This document shows positions 60,001-64,000 of a DNA stretch of 64,000 nt, in pieces. The position numbers and the translations under genes were made by a program. The notes beneath the pieces are model-generated. The model searched no databases and was not told the origin of the DNA. It was given only the letters and a program-made list of their open reading frames with translations. The stretch lies in contig NC_086107.1 of NCBI RefSeq assembly GCF_963921235.1, positions 115,444,001-115,508,000 of the forward strand, written 5' to 3'. The first letter of the stretch is position 1. The number at the start of each line of letters is the position of its first letter. This DNA is from Mobula hypostoma (taxonomy: Eukaryota).

Positions 60001-63000
60001 GAGAATGTCCGGGGGGGGGGGTTGGGGAGGAGAGAGAATGTCTGGGGTGGGGGGGGGGTTGGGGAGGAGAGAGAATGTCTGGGGTGGGGGGGGTTGGGGA
60101 GGAGAGAGAATGTCTGGGGTGGGGGGGGGTTGGGGAGGAGAGAGAATGTCCGGGGTGGGGGGGCGGTTGGGGAGGAGAGAGAATGTCCAGGGTGGGGGGG
60201 GGTTGGGGAGGAGAGAGAATGTCTGGGGTGGGGGGTTGGGGAGGAGAGAGAATGTCCGGGGTGGGGGGGGGATTGGGGAGGAGAGAGAATGTCTGGGGTG
60301 GGGGGTTGGGGAGGAGAGAGAATGTTTTGGGGTGGGGGGTTGGGGAGGAGAGAGAATGTCTGGGGTGGGGGGTTGGGAAGGAGAGAGAATGTCCGGGGGG
60401 GGGGGTTGGGGTGGAGAGAGAATGTCCGGGGTGGGGGGGAGTTGGGGAGGAGAGAGAATGTCTGAGGTGGGGGTTGGGGAGGAGAGAGAATGTCTGGGGT
60501 GGGAGGGGTTGGGGAGGAGAGAGAATGTCTGGGGTGGGGGGGGAGTTGGGGAGGAGAGAGAATGTCTGGGGGGGGTTGGGGAGGAGAGAGAATGTCCGGG
60601 GTGGGGGGGGGGTTGGGGAGGAGAGAGAATGTCCGGGGTGGGGGGGGGTTTGGGGAGGAGAGAGAATGTCCGGGGTGGGGGGAGGAGAGAGAATGTCCGG
60701 GGTGGGGGGGGGTTGGGGAGGAGAGAGAATGTCCGGGGTGGGGGGGGGGGTTGGGGAGGAGAGAGAATGTCTGGGGTGGGGGGGTTGGGGAGGAGAGAGA
60801 ATGTCTGGGATGGGGGTTGGGGAGTAGAGAGAATGTCTGGGGTGGGGGGAGAGAGAATGTCCGGGGTGGGGGGGGTTGGGGAGGAGAGAGAATGTCTGGG
60901 GTGGGGGGTGGTTGGGGAGGAGAGAGAATGTCTGGGGTGGGGGGTTGGGGAGGAGAGAGAATGTCCGAGGGGGGGGGTTGGGGAGGAGAGAGAATGTCTG
61001 GGGTGGGGGGGGGGGTTGGGGAGGAGAGAGAATGTCTGGGATAGGGGGTTGGGGAGGAGAGAGAATGTCCGGGGTGGGGGGTTGGGGAGGAGAGAGAATG
61101 TCCGGGGGGGGTTTGAGGAGGAGAGAGAATGTCCGGGATGGGGGGGGGGGATTGGGGAGGAGAGAGAATGTCTTGGGTGGGGGGTTGGGGAGGAGAGAGA
61201 ATGTCTGGGGTGGGGGGTTGGGAAGGAGAGAGAATGTCCGGGGGGGGGTTGGGGGGGAGAGAGAATGTCCGGGGTGGGGGGGGGAGTTGGGGAGGAGAGA
61301 GAATGTCTGGGGTGGGGGTTGGGTAGGAGAGAGAATGTCTGGGGTGGGAGGGGTTGGGGAGGAGAGAGAATGTCCGGGGTGGGGGGGGGAGAGAGAATGT
61401 CCGGGGGGGGTTGGGGGGGAGAGAGAATGTCTGGGGTGGGGGGTTGGGGAGGAGAGAGAATGTCCGGGGGGGGGGGTTGGGGAGGAGAGAGAATGTCCGG
61501 GGTGGGGGGGGTTGGGGAGGAGAGAGAATGTCTGGGGTGGGGGGGGTTGGGGAGGAGAGAGAATGTCTGGGGTGGGGGGGGTTGGGGAGGAGAGAGAATG
61601 TCTGGGGTGGGGGGGGTTGGGGAGGAGAGAGAATGTCTGGGGTGGGGGGGGTTGGGGAGGAGAGAGAATGTTTGGGGTGGGGGGGGGTTGGGGAGGAGAG
61701 AGAATGTCCGGGGGGGGGGAAGAGAGAATGTCTGGGGTGGTGGGGATTGGGGAGGAGGGAGAATGTCCGGGGTGGGGGGGGGTTGGGGAGGAGAGAGAAT
61801 GTCTGGGGTGGGGGGGAGAGAGAATGTCCGGGGTGGGGGGAGAGAGAATGTCCGGGGTGGGGGGGGGGGTTGGGGAGGAGAGAGAATGTCTGGGGTGGGG
61901 GGGGGGGTTGGGGAGGAGAGAGAATGTCTGGGGTGGGGGGGGGGTTGGGGAGGAGAATGTCTGGGGTGGGGGGGGTTGGGGAGGAGAGAGAATGTCTGGG
62001 GTGGGGGGGGTTGGGGAGGAGAGAGAATGTCTGGGGTGGGGGGGGTTGGGGAGGAGAGAGAATGTCTGGGGTGGGGGGTTGGGGAGGAGAGAGAATGTCT
62101 GGGGTGGGGGGTTGGGAAGGAGAGAGAATGTCCGGGGGGGGGGGTTGGGGGGGAGAGAGAATGTCCGGGGTGGGGGGGGGAGTTGGGGAGGAGAGAGAAT
62201 GTCTGGGGTGGGGGTTGGGTAGGAGAGAGAATGTCTGGGGTGGGAGGGGTTGGGGAGGAGAGAGAATGTCCGGGGTGGGGGGGGAGAGAGAATGTCCGGG
62301 GGGGGTTGGGGGGGAGAGAGAATGTCTGGGGTGGGGGGTTGGGGAGGAGAGAGAATGTCCGGGGGGGGGGTTGGGGAGGAGAGAGAATGTCTGGGGTGGG
62401 GGGGGTTGGGGAGGAGAGAGAATGTCTGGGGTGGGGGGGGTTGGGGAGGAGAGAGAATGTCTGGGGTGGGGGGGGTTGGGGAGGAGAGAGAATGTCTGGG
62501 GTGGGGGGGGTTGGGGAGGAGAGAGAATGTCTGGGGTGGGGGGGGTTGGGGAGGAGAGAGAATGTTTGGGGTGGGGGGGGTTGGGGAGGAGAGAGAATGT
62601 CCGGGGGGGGGGTTGGGGAGGCGAGAGAATGTCTGGGGTGGGGGGGGTTGGGGAGGAGAGAGAATGTCTGGGGTGGGGGGGGTTGGGGAGGAGAGAGAAT
62701 GTCTGGGGTGGGGGGGGTTGGGGAGGAGAGAGAATGTCTGGGGTGGGGGGGGTTGGGGAGGAGAGAGAATGTCCGGGGTGGGGGGGCGGTTGGGGAGGAG
62801 AGAGAATGTCCAGGGTGGGGGGGGGTTGGGGAGGAGAGAGAATGTCTGGGGTGGGGGGTTGGGGAGGAGAGAGAATGTCCGGGGTGGGGGGGGGATTGGG
62901 GAGGAGAGAGAATGTCTGGGGTGGGGGGTTGGGGAGGAGAGAGAATGTTTTGGGGTGGGGGGTTGGGGAGGAGAGAGAATGTCTGGGGTGGGGGGTTGGG

Positions 63001-64000
63001 AAGGAGAGAGAATGTCCAGGGGGGGGTTGGGGGGGAGAGAGAATGTCCGGGGTGGGGGGGAGTTGGGGAGGAGAGAGAATGTCTGAGGTGGGGGTTGGGG
63101 AGGAGAGAGAATGTCTGGGGTGGGAGGGGTTGGGGAGGAGAGAGAATGTCTGGGGTGGGGGGGGAGTTGGGGAGGAGAGAGAATGTCTGGGGGGGGTTGG
63201 GGAGGAGAGAGAATGTCCGGGGTGGGGGGGGGGGTTGGGGAGGAGAGAGAATGTCCGGGGTGGGGGGGGGTTTGGGGAGGAGAGAGAATGTCCGGGGTGG
63301 GGGGAGGAGAGAGAATGTCCGGGGTGGGGGGGGGTTGGGGAGGAGAGAGAATGTCCGGGGTGGGGGGGGGTTGGGGAGGAGAATGTCTGGGGTGGGGGGG
63401 TTGGGGAGGAGAGAGAATGTCTGGGATGGGGGTTGGGGAGTAGAGAGAATGTCTGGGGTGGGGGGGAGAGAGAATGTCCGGGGTGGGGGGGGTTGGGGAG
63501 GAGAGAGAATGTCTGGGGTGGGGGGTGGTTGGGGAGGAGAGAGAATGTCTGGGGTGGGGGGTTGGGGAGGAGAGAGAATGTCCGGGGGGGGGTTGGGGAG
63601 GAGAGAGAATGTCTGGGGTGGGGGGGGTTGGGGAGGAGAGAGAATGTCTGGGATGGGGGGTTGGGGAGGAGAGAGAATGTCCGGGGTGGGGGGTTGGGGA
63701 GGAGAGAGAATGTCCGGGGGGGGGTTTGAGGAGGAGAGAGAATGTCCGGGATGGGGGGGGGGATTGGGGAGGAGAGAGAATGTCTTGGGTGGGGGGTTGG
63801 GGAGGAGAGAGAATGTCTGGGGTGGGGGGTTGGGGAGGAGAGAGAATGTCTGGGGTGGGGGGTTGGGAAGGAGAGAGAATGTCCGGGGGGGGGTTGGGGG
63901 GGAGAGAGAATGTCCGGGGTGGGGGGGGGAGTTGGGGAGGAGAGAGAATGTCTGGGGTGGGGGTTGGGTAGGAGAGAGAAAGTCTGGGGTGGGAGGGGTT
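57047..64000. repeat. G-rich ~30-42 bp tandem array [GGGGAGGAGAGAGAATGTC(C/T)GGGGT(G)nTT], running off the window end
   Basis: Read directly; about 180-190 units by length estimate; lies in the TUFM intron upstream of the 56539-56658 exon. Confidence 0.98.

Noticed and set aside
56936-63971. Gly/Arg/Glu-rich ORFs (RGG-like)
   Set aside because: These are translations of a stop-poor G-rich tandem repeat with random G-run indels; there is no frame preference.

Overview
Eukaryotic (vertebrate) genomic DNA, most likely a cartilaginous fish; the taxon is inferred from the repeat landscape of abundant CR1 LINEs, Rex1/Babar-like LINEs and Penelope-like elements. Three spliced genes are present, none recovered whole by the ORF track. 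(1) The first coding exon of NUPR1 (- strand, 5719-5818); its remaining exons were not found and probably lie before base 1. (2) The complete SGF29/CCDC101 gene (+ strand): a putative non-coding exon 1 ending at 11420 and nine coding exons from 12826 to 25090 that join into 882 nt = 293 aa + stop. (3) The last two coding exons of mitochondrial EF-Tu, TUFM (- strand, 56539-56658 and 26516-26683). About 60% of the window is tandem repeat: a 52-bp minisatellite fills the SGF29/TUFM tail-to-tail gap, a ~29.4-kb composite satellite [TCCCAGCGTCAGACACTGCAC(TG)n] fills the last TUFM intron, and a >=7-kb G-rich array lies in the preceding TUFM intron. The multi-thousand-aa Cys-rich and Gly-rich ORFs are artefacts of stop-free repeat units. 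I found no new protein-coding system. The most interesting signals are non-coding: a housekeeping intron almost entirely replaced by satellite, a G-quadruplex-prone array visibly derived from a LINE segment, a perfect RAG heptamer in nearly every satellite unit, and a core motif shared by two inverted satellites. Transposon boundaries and copy numbers are approximate, estimated by eye.
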